Shown here piece by piece: positions 23,511 to 32,000 of a stretch of DNA of 32,000 nucleotides. The DNA lies in NCBI RefSeq assembly GCF_008065095.1, contig NZ_CP042911.1:6750001-6782000 (forward strand), given 5' to 3'. Position 1 is the stretch's first letter. Every line of letters starts with the position of its first letter. The position numbers and the translations under genes are program-made. Under the pieces are notes generated by a model, which was not told the DNA's origin, made no database searches, and worked only from the letters and a program-made list of their open reading frames with translations. The DNA is from Gemmata obscuriglobus (GTDB lineage: Bacteria > Planctomycetota > Planctomycetia > Gemmatales > Gemmataceae).

Positions 23511-26402
23511 CTACCTGAACAAGTTCTCCGCAGCCGAATAAACGGCCTGGAATTCGGGTTGCGTGCGGAGCGGGATGAGGTCCGGGTCGGCGGCGAGTTG
23601 GTTCAGCCCGGTGAACCCCTCCCGTATCGCCCGGCGCAACAGTTTGAGTGCTTCCAGCCGGTCGGCGGGCTCTTCCACCGAGGTCAGGGAGTACACGCAC
23701 GCGGCCTGGTACAGAACGGCGGCGTCATTAGAGAGCAACCGCGCCTGCTCGATCTCTTTGTGAGCGTCGGTCCGGCGCCCGAGCCGGGCCAGGATGATGG
23801 CGTGCCCGGCTCGCCCCGGTGCGAAATCGGGGCTCAGTTCGACGACCCGCTTCGTCACCACCAGCGCGCCCGCCGGGTCTTTCAACCGGTCCGCCAGAAT
23901 GTGCGCCTGATTCTGGAGCGCGACCACCGACCGCGGGTTCAGCGCCGCGGCCTTGCGCAGATCGGCCAACGCGCCTTTCGGGTCTTCGTCTCTCCGCCCC
24001 CAGCCGCGGACGAGGTAATCCATCTCCGTCTTCGGCTCGAGCGCCTGGGCGGCCGTCCGGTCGGCTGTCGCGCCGGCGGGGTCGAACGCTTGACGGGAGG
24101 TGGCGCGCAGCAGGAGCAACTGGAACTCCGAACTGCCGCGGTCCAGAGCGGCCGTGTAATCTGCGACGGACTCTTCGAACTTCGCCCGCACCGCAGCCGC
24201 CTTCGACGCGAACGGCTCGTCCCGCTTGGCCAGGCGGAACCGGACCAGCCCGCGGTTCCGGTACGACTCGGCGTGCCCGGGGTCGAGCGCCAGCGCTTTG
24301 GTGAACTCCGCCTCCGCGAGTTCCGGCTTGGTCCGCAGCCCGTAAATCAGCCCACGGCCGAACAGCGGACGCGGGTCCTTGGGGAGCAGCGCCCGGGCCA
24401 CGTCGTAGCGCTCGAGGGCGCGGGCGTAGTGCCCTTGCTGGTGGAGGCTGTACGCAAGACAGAACTGGGCCGCCCCGTGGGCCGGTTGCTCGCCAACGAG
24501 CGCTTCGAGCAACGGCACCGCCGTCGCGTACCGCCCGACCCGAAGTGCGAACGCGGCCTCGAGGAAGGCCCCGCGCGTGCCGGACACCGCCAGCGGCGCG
24601 GGCAGATCCGCGGTCCGCACCTCTTCGCCCACACGAGGGGCAATCAGCGCGGCCTGCCGCTCGATCGCCGGAGGCACCTCGTCCGGCACGAAGCAGTCGC
24701 GGGCGGCACGGTTCAGCTTCCACGCGTCCTCCGCCCGCTGCCGGCGCTCGGATTCCGGCAGGGCGTCCGTTTCGGACCACTTCACCTGCGCCAGCAGGAA
24801 CATCAGCTCGCCGAGGTCGCCGGCGAGCGTCGCGCGTTCGGCCTCCGTCAGCCGCCGCACGCCCGGCCGGCTCTGCCACTCCGGGACGTCGCACCCGTAA
24901 GCCGCGACCAGTTCCTCGGTCCGTTTTACCCCCCGGGCGGTCGCACTCGGGTCGCCGACTAAAGTGAGGTCGAGTCGGGCCGCGTCGAGTGCCGCGCGGG
25001 CGGCGCGGGCCTGTTCCACCGCCCCGGCCCGCGCGTTGCCTTCGGCCCGCTGGTGGACGGCGCCCCCGAGCCCGAGGGCCAAACCGATCAGGCACGCGAC
25101 CATCAGGCGCACCACCAGTCCGGGGTTGCGCCGCCGCCACTTCCCGAACCGCTCGGCCGCCGACGACTCGCGGGCGTAGGCGAGCGGCAGGTCGTTCAGG
25201 TGCCGGTCCAGGTCGGCGCACAGCTCGTTGGCGGTCTGGTACCGGTCCGCCGGGGCGGGCGCGAGCAGCTTGTGAACGATCGCCTCGACCGCCGGGCTCA
25301 CCTCGGGGTTGCGCGCGCGGAGCGAGGGCAGCGGCCGGAGCCGCGCGGCGAGCTGCTCCTCGATCACCTTCGGCCCGCGTGTGCCCGACGCGAACGGCAG
25401 CTCGCCCGTCAGCATCTCGAAAGCCATCGCGCCCAGTCCGTACAGGTCGGTGCGGTCGTCGAGCGCACCGGTCCCGCGGGTCCGCATGTTGTGGAGCTGC
25501 TCGGGCGCCATATACGGCATGGTCCCGCCGACCACATCGCGGTCCGGCCGGGTGGCGTCGAACGCCAAGTTGAAGTCGAGCAACATGGGCTCGCCGGTGT
25601 CCGCGAGCAGCACGTTGGCCGGTTTGATGTCCAGGTGCAGGATGCGCCGCTGGTGCGCGTGGCTGAGCCCCGCGGCGAGCTGTGCGAGGGCATGAACCAC
25701 CGCACGGGGGTCCCCGACGATGGGCGGCGGGCCGTCCGCGGCCCAGGTCCACGCGGGCAAACGCGGCGCCGCCGTCCGCCCGTCAGACCCCGATCCCCGG
25801 TTGTCCCCGACGGTGGTTCGCGCGGCCCGGGTGCCGGACGTCTTGCGGCCGGCGCCCCGCGAGGACCGGTCCGCACGGTGCGCCCGGAGCAAATCGGCAA
25901 TAGTGACCTTGCCCAGGAACGGCATGCAAATGAGCTGAACGCCCTGATCCGCGTGGACGGAATACACGGGCACGATGTTGGTGTGCTGGAGCCGGGCCAG
26001 GCGCTCGGCCTCGTGGGTCGGGCGCTGGGTGACCTTGAGCGCGACCTCGCGGCCGGCGAGCGCCTGCTGCCGGGCCAGGTACACCCGGGCGAACGCGCCG
26101 CGCCCGAGTTCGCCGACCAACTCGAACCCGCACAGCGTGTCCCCGACCCGCGGGGGGCGCCGGCCCCCGGCCGACAACCCGCCACGGTCCGAATCGTCCC
26201 AATCGGACCACAGGGACCCGGACAGGCTCGGCGCACCCGAGAACGACGAAACGAAGAGCGGCCCCACCGAACCGCGCGGGGCGGGCGTCAGGACAGGCGG
26301 AGCCGCCGCCGGCAGGTGCGCGGTCGGCAGATCCGTACCGTCGGACTCGAACGCGGGTTCGCCGCGCGGTTCGGCGTTCGGAAGGATCCTTGTGGGATGC
26401 AC
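23511..26402 (-). CDS. membrane Ser/Thr protein kinase with C-terminal TPR repeats
   Basis: The kinase motifs are GELGRGAFARVY, VALKV, HLDIKPANVLL, DFNLAF and YMAPEQ. After the kinase domain come a TM segment (LVVRLMVACLIGLALGLGGAV) and then multiple TPR-like repeats. I prefer the GTG at 26402, preceded by AAGGAG-cgcc, over the track's TTG at 26519. The start remains uncertain. Confidence 0.92.
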   Translation of the reverse strand: MHPTRILPNAEPRGEPAFESDGTDLPTAHLPAAAPPVLTPAPRGSVGPLFVSSFSGAPSLSGSLWSDWDDSDRGGLSAGGRRPPRVGDTLCGFELVGELGRGAFARVYLARQQALAGREVALKVTQRPTHEAERLARLQHTNIVPVYSVHADQGVQLICMPFLGKVTIADLLRAHRADRSSRGAGRKTSGTRAARTTVGDNRGSGSDGRTAAPRLPAWTWAADGPPPIVGDPRAVVHALAQLAAGLSHAHQRRILHLDIKPANVLLADTGEPMLLDFNLAFDATRPDRDVVGGTMPYMAPEQLHNMRTRGTGALDDRTDLYGLGAMAFEMLTGELPFASGTRGPKVIEEQLAARLRPLPSLRARNPEVSPAVEAIVHKLLAPAPADRYQTANELCADLDRHLNDLPLAYARESSAAERFGKWRRRNPGLVVRLMVACLIGLALGLGGAVHQRAEGNARAGAVEQARAARAALDAARLDLTLVGDPSATARGVKRTEELVAAYGCDVPEWQSRPGVRRLTEAERATLAGDLGELMFLLAQVKWSETDALPESERRQRAEDAWKLNRAARDCFVPDEVPPAIERQAALIAPRVGEEVRTADLPAPLAVSGTRGAFLEAAFALRVGRYATAVPLLEALVGEQPAHGAAQFCLAYSLHQQGHYARALERYDVARALLPKDPRPLFGRGLIYGLRTKPELAEAEFTKALALDPGHAESYRNRGLVRFRLAKRDEPFASKAAAVRAKFEESVADYTAALDRGSSEFQLLLLRATSRQAFDPAGATADRTAAQALEPKTEMDYLVRGWGRRDEDPKGALADLRKAAALNPRSVVALQNQAHILADRLKDPAGALVVTKRVVELSPDFAPGRAGHAIILARLGRRTDAHKEIEQARLLSNDAAVLYQAACVYSLTSVEEPADRLEALKLLRRAIREGFTGLNQLAADPDLIPLRTQPEFQAVYSAAENLFR

Positions 26403-26717
26403 GGCGCTCCTTGAACGGTAGCGGTTCTGTGTACGACACAAAAACCGGCAGCTCCCGGGCGACTGGAGCGATTGTGCAATCTGTAACAAACTCAACCGAT
26501 ATCTGGCTCTAGGACGCAAATGCCTCCAGAAAGAAGAAATTTCGGGGTTTTCCGTACCGCGGTGTCAGACGAGAGTTGAAAGCGCTTCTTAACTTCTACC
26601 AGATCCAAAGTCGATTGCCCGAGTGTATTTGCGCACTACACCCGGAGGCAAAAATTCCGCAGCTCGCACGAAAGAAGTGTACCCCTCGCATTACGAACAC
26701 GCGCGGCCGTTCCAGGG

Positions 26718-28619
26718 CTACAGAGGTCGGTCAATGGCCTCGCGCACGGCGCGCGTGAGCGCGGTAGCCGTGAACGGTTTGGCGAGTAAAGTGGCGGTCG
26801 CCTGTGCCAGGCCCCGTTCAACCAGCGCGTCCTCCGAGTACCCCGATACGAATAGCACCCGCACCCCCGGGCGCAGCGCGCGGACCCGCTCGGCCAGCAC
26901 GCCCCCGCTCATCTCGGGCATCACCACATCGGTGAGGAGCAGATGCACCGGGCGGTTCGCGGCGGCCAGCAGTTCGAGCGCTTCGGCACCGGACCCGGCG
27001 TCGAGGACCGCGTACCCCTTCTGCGACAGCAACAGGGTGACCACCCGGCGCACGCCGGGATCGTCGTCGACGACCAGCACCGTTTCGGTGCCCCGGTCCG
27101 GGCTGACCGCAGTCGCCGCTTCCGGCGTGGGGGCCGTCACCGGCAAGAACACGCGAAACGTTGTGCCACGGCCGAGAGCGCTCTCCACCGTAATATCGCC
27201 GCCGGTCTGCTTGATGACCCCATAGACGGTCGAAAGGCCGAGTCCGGAGCTTTGCGGCCCCTTGGTGGTGAAAAACGGCTCAAAGATCCGTTCCCGCACC
27301 TCGTCGCTCATCCCCTCCCCGGTGTCCGCCATTTCGAGCACCGCGTACTCCCCAGGCGGTAGCCCCGGAATCGGCCCCGGCGCCCCGCCGACCCGCACGG
27401 GCGCGGTCCGCGCGGTAAGCGTCCCTCCGGCCGGCATCGCGTCACGGGCGTTGAGCGCCAGGTTCATCACCACCTGCGTGAGCTGGGCGGGGTCGGCCGT
27501 GACCAGCCCCAGGCGCGGGTCCGGCTCGGTCACGTACTCGACGTGCGCGCCGACGAGCCGGCGCACCATTCCGGCGGTGTCTCGGAGAACGGTGTTCAGG
27601 CTCAAGACGCACGGGAGCAGGGTCTGCTTGCGGCTGAACGCCAGGATCTGCCGCGTCAGGCCCGCGGCCCGCTCGCTCGCGGCCTTCACCTCCAGCAGGT
27701 GCGCGCGGGCGTCGGCCGGGTGCAGGGCGTCCGAGAGGATCAGGTCGCTGAACCCCGCGATCACGGTCATGATGTTGTTGAAGTCGTGGGCGATCCCGCC
27801 CGCGAGCCGGCCCACGGCCTCCATCTTGGCCGCCTGCCTCAGGTGCTCCTCCATCCGGCGGCGCTCGGTCGCGTCCCGGAACACCAACACCGCCCCCGAG
27901 ACGTGACCGTCCGGGCCGCAGATCGGGGCGGCGCTGTCGTCGACCGGCAGCGCCGCCCCGTCCCGGCGGATCAGGACCGTGCCTTCGGCGAGCGCGGCCG
28001 GCCGACCGGTGCTCAGCGCGTCCAGCGCCGGGTTGGCGACCGGCTCCCGGGTCCGCTCGGCCGCCACCGGGAACACCTCCGCCACCGGGAGCCCGACGGC
28101 CCCGGCCGCGGGCCAGCCGGTGAGCCGCTCGGCGAGCGCGTTCATGAACCGCACCCGGCCCGCCTCGTCGGTCGCGATCACCCCGTCCCCGATGCTCCCC
28201 AGGGTGGCCGCCAGCCACCGCTCGTTCTCGCGCAGCCGGCGCTCCATCTTGTGCTTGTACAGGGCCATCTCCAGCGCGGTCTGGAGGTCCCGGTCCTCGT
28301 ACGGCTTGAGCACGTACCCGAACGGCTCGGTGACCTTGGCGCGGCGCAGGGTCTCCGGGTCCGAGTTGGCGGTCAGGTACACCACCGGCAGGTCGAACTG
28401 GCCGCGCACCCGGGCCGCCGCCTCGATCCCGTCCATGTCCCCTTCGAGCCGGATGTCCATGAGCACCAGGTCGGGGCGCAGCGCCGCCACCCGCTCCAGC
28501 GCTTCGGCGCCGCTCGCGGCCAGCCCGGCCACCGCGTACCCCATGCTGGTGAGCCGCTTCTGGATGCCGAGCGCGATGATCCGCTCGTCCTCGACGACGA
28601 GCACACTGGCCGGTGACAT
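26718..28619 (-). CDS. hybrid sensor histidine kinase (REC-PAS-HisKA-HATPase_c-REC)
   Basis: 633 aa. The domains are an N-terminal receiver (VLVVEDERI...LVLMDIRLEGDMDG...VLKP), a PAS domain, the H-box GGIAHDFNNIMTVI, the G-boxes DTGEGM and GLGLSTVYG, and a C-terminal receiver (VLVVDDDPGV...LLLTDVVMPEMSG...LLAKP). Confidence 0.95.
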   Translation of the reverse strand: MSPASVLVVEDERIIALGIQKRLTSMGYAVAGLAASGAEALERVAALRPDLVLMDIRLEGDMDGIEAAARVRGQFDLPVVYLTANSDPETLRRAKVTEPFGYVLKPYEDRDLQTALEMALYKHKMERRLRENERWLAATLGSIGDGVIATDEAGRVRFMNALAERLTGWPAAGAVGLPVAEVFPVAAERTREPVANPALDALSTGRPAALAEGTVLIRRDGAALPVDDSAAPICGPDGHVSGAVLVFRDATERRRMEEHLRQAAKMEAVGRLAGGIAHDFNNIMTVIAGFSDLILSDALHPADARAHLLEVKAASERAAGLTRQILAFSRKQTLLPCVLSLNTVLRDTAGMVRRLVGAHVEYVTEPDPRLGLVTADPAQLTQVVMNLALNARDAMPAGGTLTARTAPVRVGGAPGPIPGLPPGEYAVLEMADTGEGMSDEVRERIFEPFFTTKGPQSSGLGLSTVYGVIKQTGGDITVESALGRGTTFRVFLPVTAPTPEAATAVSPDRGTETVLVVDDDPGVRRVVTLLLSQKGYAVLDAGSGAEALELLAAANRPVHLLLTDVVMPEMSGGVLAERVRALRPGVRVLFVSGYSEDALVERGLAQATATLLAKPFTATALTRAVREAIDRPL

Positions 28620-28638
28620 GGTTGCTCTCTGACGGTGC

Positions 28639-31600
28639 CTACCCGCGGGCCGGGAACTGAACGGTCACGCGCGTTCCGGGGCCGGGTCCCAGTTCGACCG
28701 CGCCGCGCAGCTGCGCCGCCAGCGTGCTCACGAGCTGGAGCCCGAACGAGGGCGCGTTCTCAATGTCGAACCCGGCGGGCATCCCGACCCCATCATCGGC
28801 GACTGTCAGAACGAACGCCCCGGCCCCAGCGCGAACGAGCGACACCTGAATGTTACCACGCGGCCGCCCCGCGAACGCGTACTTTAAGCAATTCGAGACG
28901 AGTTCGTTGACCAACAGCCCGCACGGGATCGCGAGATCCAGCGGGAGCGGCGGCGCGGACACGGTCAGCTCCAACCGGACCGCCTCGTCGTCGGCCCGGT
29001 ACGCGCGGAACAGGTCCTCCGCCAGCCCGCGCAGGTACGGCCCGAACTCGACGGCCGCGAGGTTCTCGGACCGGTACAGCCGCTCGTGGATCAGCGACAT
29101 GGACCGGACCCGGCCCCGGCTCTCGCGGAACGCGGCCACCGCCGCCGGGTCGGTCAGCCCGTCGCACTGGAGCTCGAGCAGCGTGGAGATGATCTGGAGG
29201 TTGTTCTTCACCCGGTGGTGGATCTCCTTGAGCATCACCTCCTTCTCGCGAACCGAGGCGCGGAGCCGGTCGTTGGCCTCGCGGACGGCGGTCACGTCGT
29301 GGAACGAGGTGACCACCGCGGCCCCGGTCGGCTGCGGGCCGGCCAGCGGGACCGCGTTGACCGAGACCCACCGCGGCGCGCCAGCCGGGGTGTAAACGCC
29401 CATCAGCGTGTTGAACTGCGGCCGCCCGGTGCGGAGCACGGCCAGCGCGGGGTGCTCCTCCCCGGGGAACGGCGAGCCGTCCTCGCGGACCGCTTGCCAC
29501 CGCGGGTCCCGCGAGGTGCGCCCGACCATCTGTTCGCGGGTCAGCCCGAGGATCTCGGCGGCGCGGTCGTTGCACGCCACGATCGCGCCGCCGCGGTCCT
29601 GCACCACCACCCCCTCGGCCAGCGCCTGCACCACCGTGCGGTACTGCTCCTCGCTGGCGCGCAGGGCGGCCTCGGCCCGCTTCCGCTCGGTCACGTCGGT
29701 GGCGATCCCACAAATGGCGTACGGCCGCCCGTCCGACCCGAACAGCGGGAACTGGATCGTTAGCATGGTCACCGCCCGGCCGTCCGGGAGGGTCGCGTGC
29801 TCCTCCACCTCCTGCGCCCGCATCGCCGCGCGGGCGCCCCGGTCGCTCGCCTCGAACCGGTCCGCCAGGTCCGGGGGGAACAGCTCGCGGGCGGTCCGCC
29901 CGACCCACGCCTCGGGCGGCAGCCCGAGCAGCTCGCACCCGCGCCGGTTGACGAACTGGTACCGCCCGTCCAGGTCCTTCAGGTACACGACCGCGGGCGA
30001 GTGGTCGAGGATGCTGCGGGACCGCTCCTCGCTCTCCCGGCGCCGCTCCTCGGCGAGCCGCCGGTCGGTCACGTCGGTGTGGGACACCACCACCGCCCCG
30101 CGCCCGTGCCGCAGCGGGGCGACGTTCATCAGGAACCAGCGCCGCGCGGCCCGGGTGTGGCACGAGTAGTCGAAACTGGCCCGCTCGGCCCGCCCGTCCA
30201 GAACCTGGCGGATCAGCTCGGCGGCCGCGGCCGCGTCGGCGCAGCCGGCCGCGGCGCTGCGCGCGCACACGTCGAGGTAGTTGGTGCCCAGCCCGCTGTG
30301 CGGCCCCCGCCCGTCCGGCCGCCGCGCGCCCTCGGCGGTGGCGCGCCACGCGTGGTTCACGGCGATCAGCTCGCCGCTCCGGTCGAGTACCGCGATGTGC
30401 GCCGGCATCGCGTCCAGCACCCCCTGGATGAACGCGGCCTGCTCCCGCAGCTCCGTCTCGGCCCGCTTCCGCTCGGTAATGTCTTTGATCTGAGACACGA
30501 AGTACAGCGGCTCCCCGCGGGCGCCCCGCACCAGCGACACAGCCAGCAGCGCGTGGATCGTGTGCCCGCCCTTGTGGATGTACCGCTTCTCCATCTGGTA
30601 AGCGGCCAGGGCGCCGCTCAGCACCTGCTCGACCTGCGCGACATCGGCGCTCAAGTCGTCCGGGTGGGTGATCGTCTGGAAGTCGGTCGCGAGCAACTCG
30701 CCGGGTTCGTACCCGAGCATCTGACACAGGGCCTGGTTCGCCTTGAGCCACCGGCCCTCGGGGGACACCAGCGCGATGCCGATGGGCGCGTGGTCGAACG
30801 CCCCGCGGAACCGCGCCTCGCTCTCGCGGAGCGCCTCGTCGGCCCGCACCCGCGCGGTGACGACCTGAGTGAACATGATAAGGCCGCCGACCTCGCCGCC
30901 GGCGGCGCGCCACGGGCGGCACTCCCACTGGAGCCACTCTACGGCCCCGTCGGCCCGCGGGAACGGCTCCTCGGGGCACGCCTCGACCGCCCCGGCCAGC
31001 ACCCGGCGGTGGACCGCCTTCCACCGCTCCGGGGCGTCCGGGAACACGTCGTAGTGGGACCGCCCGATGATGTCCCGGTCGCTCAGCTTGTAATCGGTGA
31101 GCCACCGGTCGCTGGCCTGCACGTACCGCATGCCGGCGTCCAGCATGGCGATCGCCGCCGGCGCGTGCTTGATGAACTGGCGGAGCAGCGCCTCGGTGGC
31201 GGCCAGTTCCTCGGCGGCCCGCCGGATCGCGGTGATGTCGCGCCCCTCGGGGATCAGCAGCCGCACGGCCCCGGTGTGGTCGCAGAACGGCTTGAGCGAG
31301 AAGTCCACCCGGATCGGGGCGCCGTCCGCCGCGGCGTGCGTGGCCTCGAACCGGATCGTCTCGCCGCCCGCGGCGCGGGCGACCGCGTCCCGGAGCCGGG
31401 CCTGTTGCTCCGGATCGTGCGCCCACCACGCGGTGTCCCAAAACGGCTTGCCGATCACGTCGGCGTCGGACAGCCCGGCGGCGGCCAGCGCGGTCCGGTT
31501 GGCCTCGAGCAGCGTGCCGTCGGTGGACATCAGCCCGATGAACTGGAACGACTGGTCGAAGATCGCCCGGAACCGCGCCTCGCTCTCGCGGAGCGCGGCC

Positions 31601-32000
31601 TCGGACCGCCGCGCCGCGCTCACGTCCCGGATCACGATCACCCCGCCCTCGATCCCGTTGGGGCCGACCACCGGGCGCCCGGTCACGCTCACAGGCACCC
31701 CGTCCGGGCGGGCCGCGTCGACGATCACCAGCTCCACGTCGTCGCAGGATTCGCCGCGCACCGCACGGACGATGGGCAACCGGTCGAGCGGGCACGGCGT
31801 GACGCCGTCGGGCAGGTACACCCCGTACCTTTGGGCCACGTCGGCCGTTACGTGTTCCGCCGGGACCGGGTGCAGCCGCTGGAACGCGCGGTTCTGGAGC
31901 AGCACCCGGCCGTCCCGGTCGGCGACCAGCACCGCATCGCCCAAGCTGTCCAAAATGGTCTCGAGCAGTTGCTTCTGCTCGCGCAGGGCGTCCACGGCGC
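28639..32000 (-). CDS. multi-PAS sensor histidine kinase, HisKA_2/HWE type, 5'-partial (continues beyond window end)
   Basis: More than 1118 aa with at least seven PAS/PAC-like repeats (recurring ...ALRESEARFR... linkers). The C-terminal part carries EIHHRVKNNLQIISTLLELQ (HisKA_2 H-box) and an ATPase domain (ADDGVGMP, FGLQLV). The track start at 31995 is an internal GTG and the frame is still open at 32000. Confidence 0.93.
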   Translation of the reverse strand, partial: AVDALREQKQLLETILDSLGDAVLVADRDGRVLLQNRAFQRLHPVPAEHVTADVAQRYGVYLPDGVTPCPLDRLPIVRAVRGESCDDVELVIVDAARPDGVPVSVTGRPVVGPNGIEGGVIVIRDVSAARRSEAALRESEARFRAIFDQSFQFIGLMSTDGTLLEANRTALAAAGLSDADVIGKPFWDTAWWAHDPEQQARLRDAVARAAGGETIRFEATHAAADGAPIRVDFSLKPFCDHTGAVRLLIPEGRDITAIRRAAEELAATEALLRQFIKHAPAAIAMLDAGMRYVQASDRWLTDYKLSDRDIIGRSHYDVFPDAPERWKAVHRRVLAGAVEACPEEPFPRADGAVEWLQWECRPWRAAGGEVGGLIMFTQVVTARVRADEALRESEARFRGAFDHAPIGIALVSPEGRWLKANQALCQMLGYEPGELLATDFQTITHPDDLSADVAQVEQVLSGALAAYQMEKRYIHKGGHTIHALLAVSLVRGARGEPLYFVSQIKDITERKRAETELREQAAFIQGVLDAMPAHIAVLDRSGELIAVNHAWRATAEGARRPDGRGPHSGLGTNYLDVCARSAAAGCADAAAAAELIRQVLDGRAERASFDYSCHTRAARRWFLMNVAPLRHGRGAVVVSHTDVTDRRLAEERRRESEERSRSILDHSPAVVYLKDLDGRYQFVNRRGCELLGLPPEAWVGRTARELFPPDLADRFEASDRGARAAMRAQEVEEHATLPDGRAVTMLTIQFPLFGSDGRPYAICGIATDVTERKRAEAALRASEEQYRTVVQALAEGVVVQDRGGAIVACNDRAAEILGLTREQMVGRTSRDPRWQAVREDGSPFPGEEHPALAVLRTGRPQFNTLMGVYTPAGAPRWVSVNAVPLAGPQPTGAAVVTSFHDVTAVREANDRLRASVREKEVMLKEIHHRVKNNLQIISTLLELQCDGLTDPAAVAAFRESRGRVRSMSLIHERLYRSENLAAVEFGPYLRGLAEDLFRAYRADDEAVRLELTVSAPPLPLDLAIPCGLLVNELVSNCLKYAFAGRPRGNIQVSLVRAGAGAFVLTVADDGVGMPAGFDIENAPSFGLQLVSTLAAQLRGAVELGPGPGTRVTVQFPARG

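Noticed and set aside
23728-25752. 674-aa minus-strand ORF, the 980-aa ORF 28853..31795, the 438-aa ORF 10229..11545, the 439-aa ORF 8735..10054, and similar long alternative-frame ORFs
   Set aside because: Each is a shifted frame of, or antisense to, a gene with clear domain motifs (Ser/Thr kinase, PAS kinase, MFS, secreted repeat protein). Each shows extreme Arg/Pro/Gly/Ala content.

Overview
The window is a visibly GC-rich bacterial chromosomal segment (GC not computed). It is most likely Planctomycetota, Gemmataceae-like. This is an inference from two DUF1559 prepilin-like genes, an LExRxxPS-type N-terminus, many PAS and Ser/Thr kinases, and Arg/Pro-rich off-frame ORFs.

I can support about 33 protein-coding genes:
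- Housekeeping genes rho, proC and guaA, plus an MFS transporter.
- Two divergent DUF1559 + small-lipoprotein gene pairs.
- A tight five-gene operon: DUF350, DUF1190-like lipoprotein, Zn-ribbon membrane protein, P-II, and a secreted 4x-repeat protein.
- Several small secreted or membrane proteins of unknown function.
- A single-ORF IS66-family element with inverted repeats and a 7/8 target-site duplication, which appears to split a small gene.
- An orphan CheY-like response regulator.
- A minus-strand signalling block: multi-PAS HisKA_2 kinase, REC-PAS-HK-REC hybrid kinase, and a membrane Ser/Thr kinase with TPR repeats.

I recognised no rRNA, tRNA or CRISPR array.

The signals most worth follow-up are:
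1. A perfect 83-bp inverted repeat at the 5' ends of the two divergent DUF1559 genes. It brackets a 781-bp segment holding the promoter region and a lipoprotein gene, so it may be an inversion or gene-conversion cassette.
2. A P-II gene embedded in an envelope-type operon rather than a nitrogen context.
3. Related REP-like palindromes that bracket guaA, plus a 96-nt AT-rich hairpin.
4. A duplicated 55-nt intergenic element.
5. A 625-nt ORF-free region containing a long hairpin.

All homology calls rest on motifs recognised by eye from memory. No searches were run.
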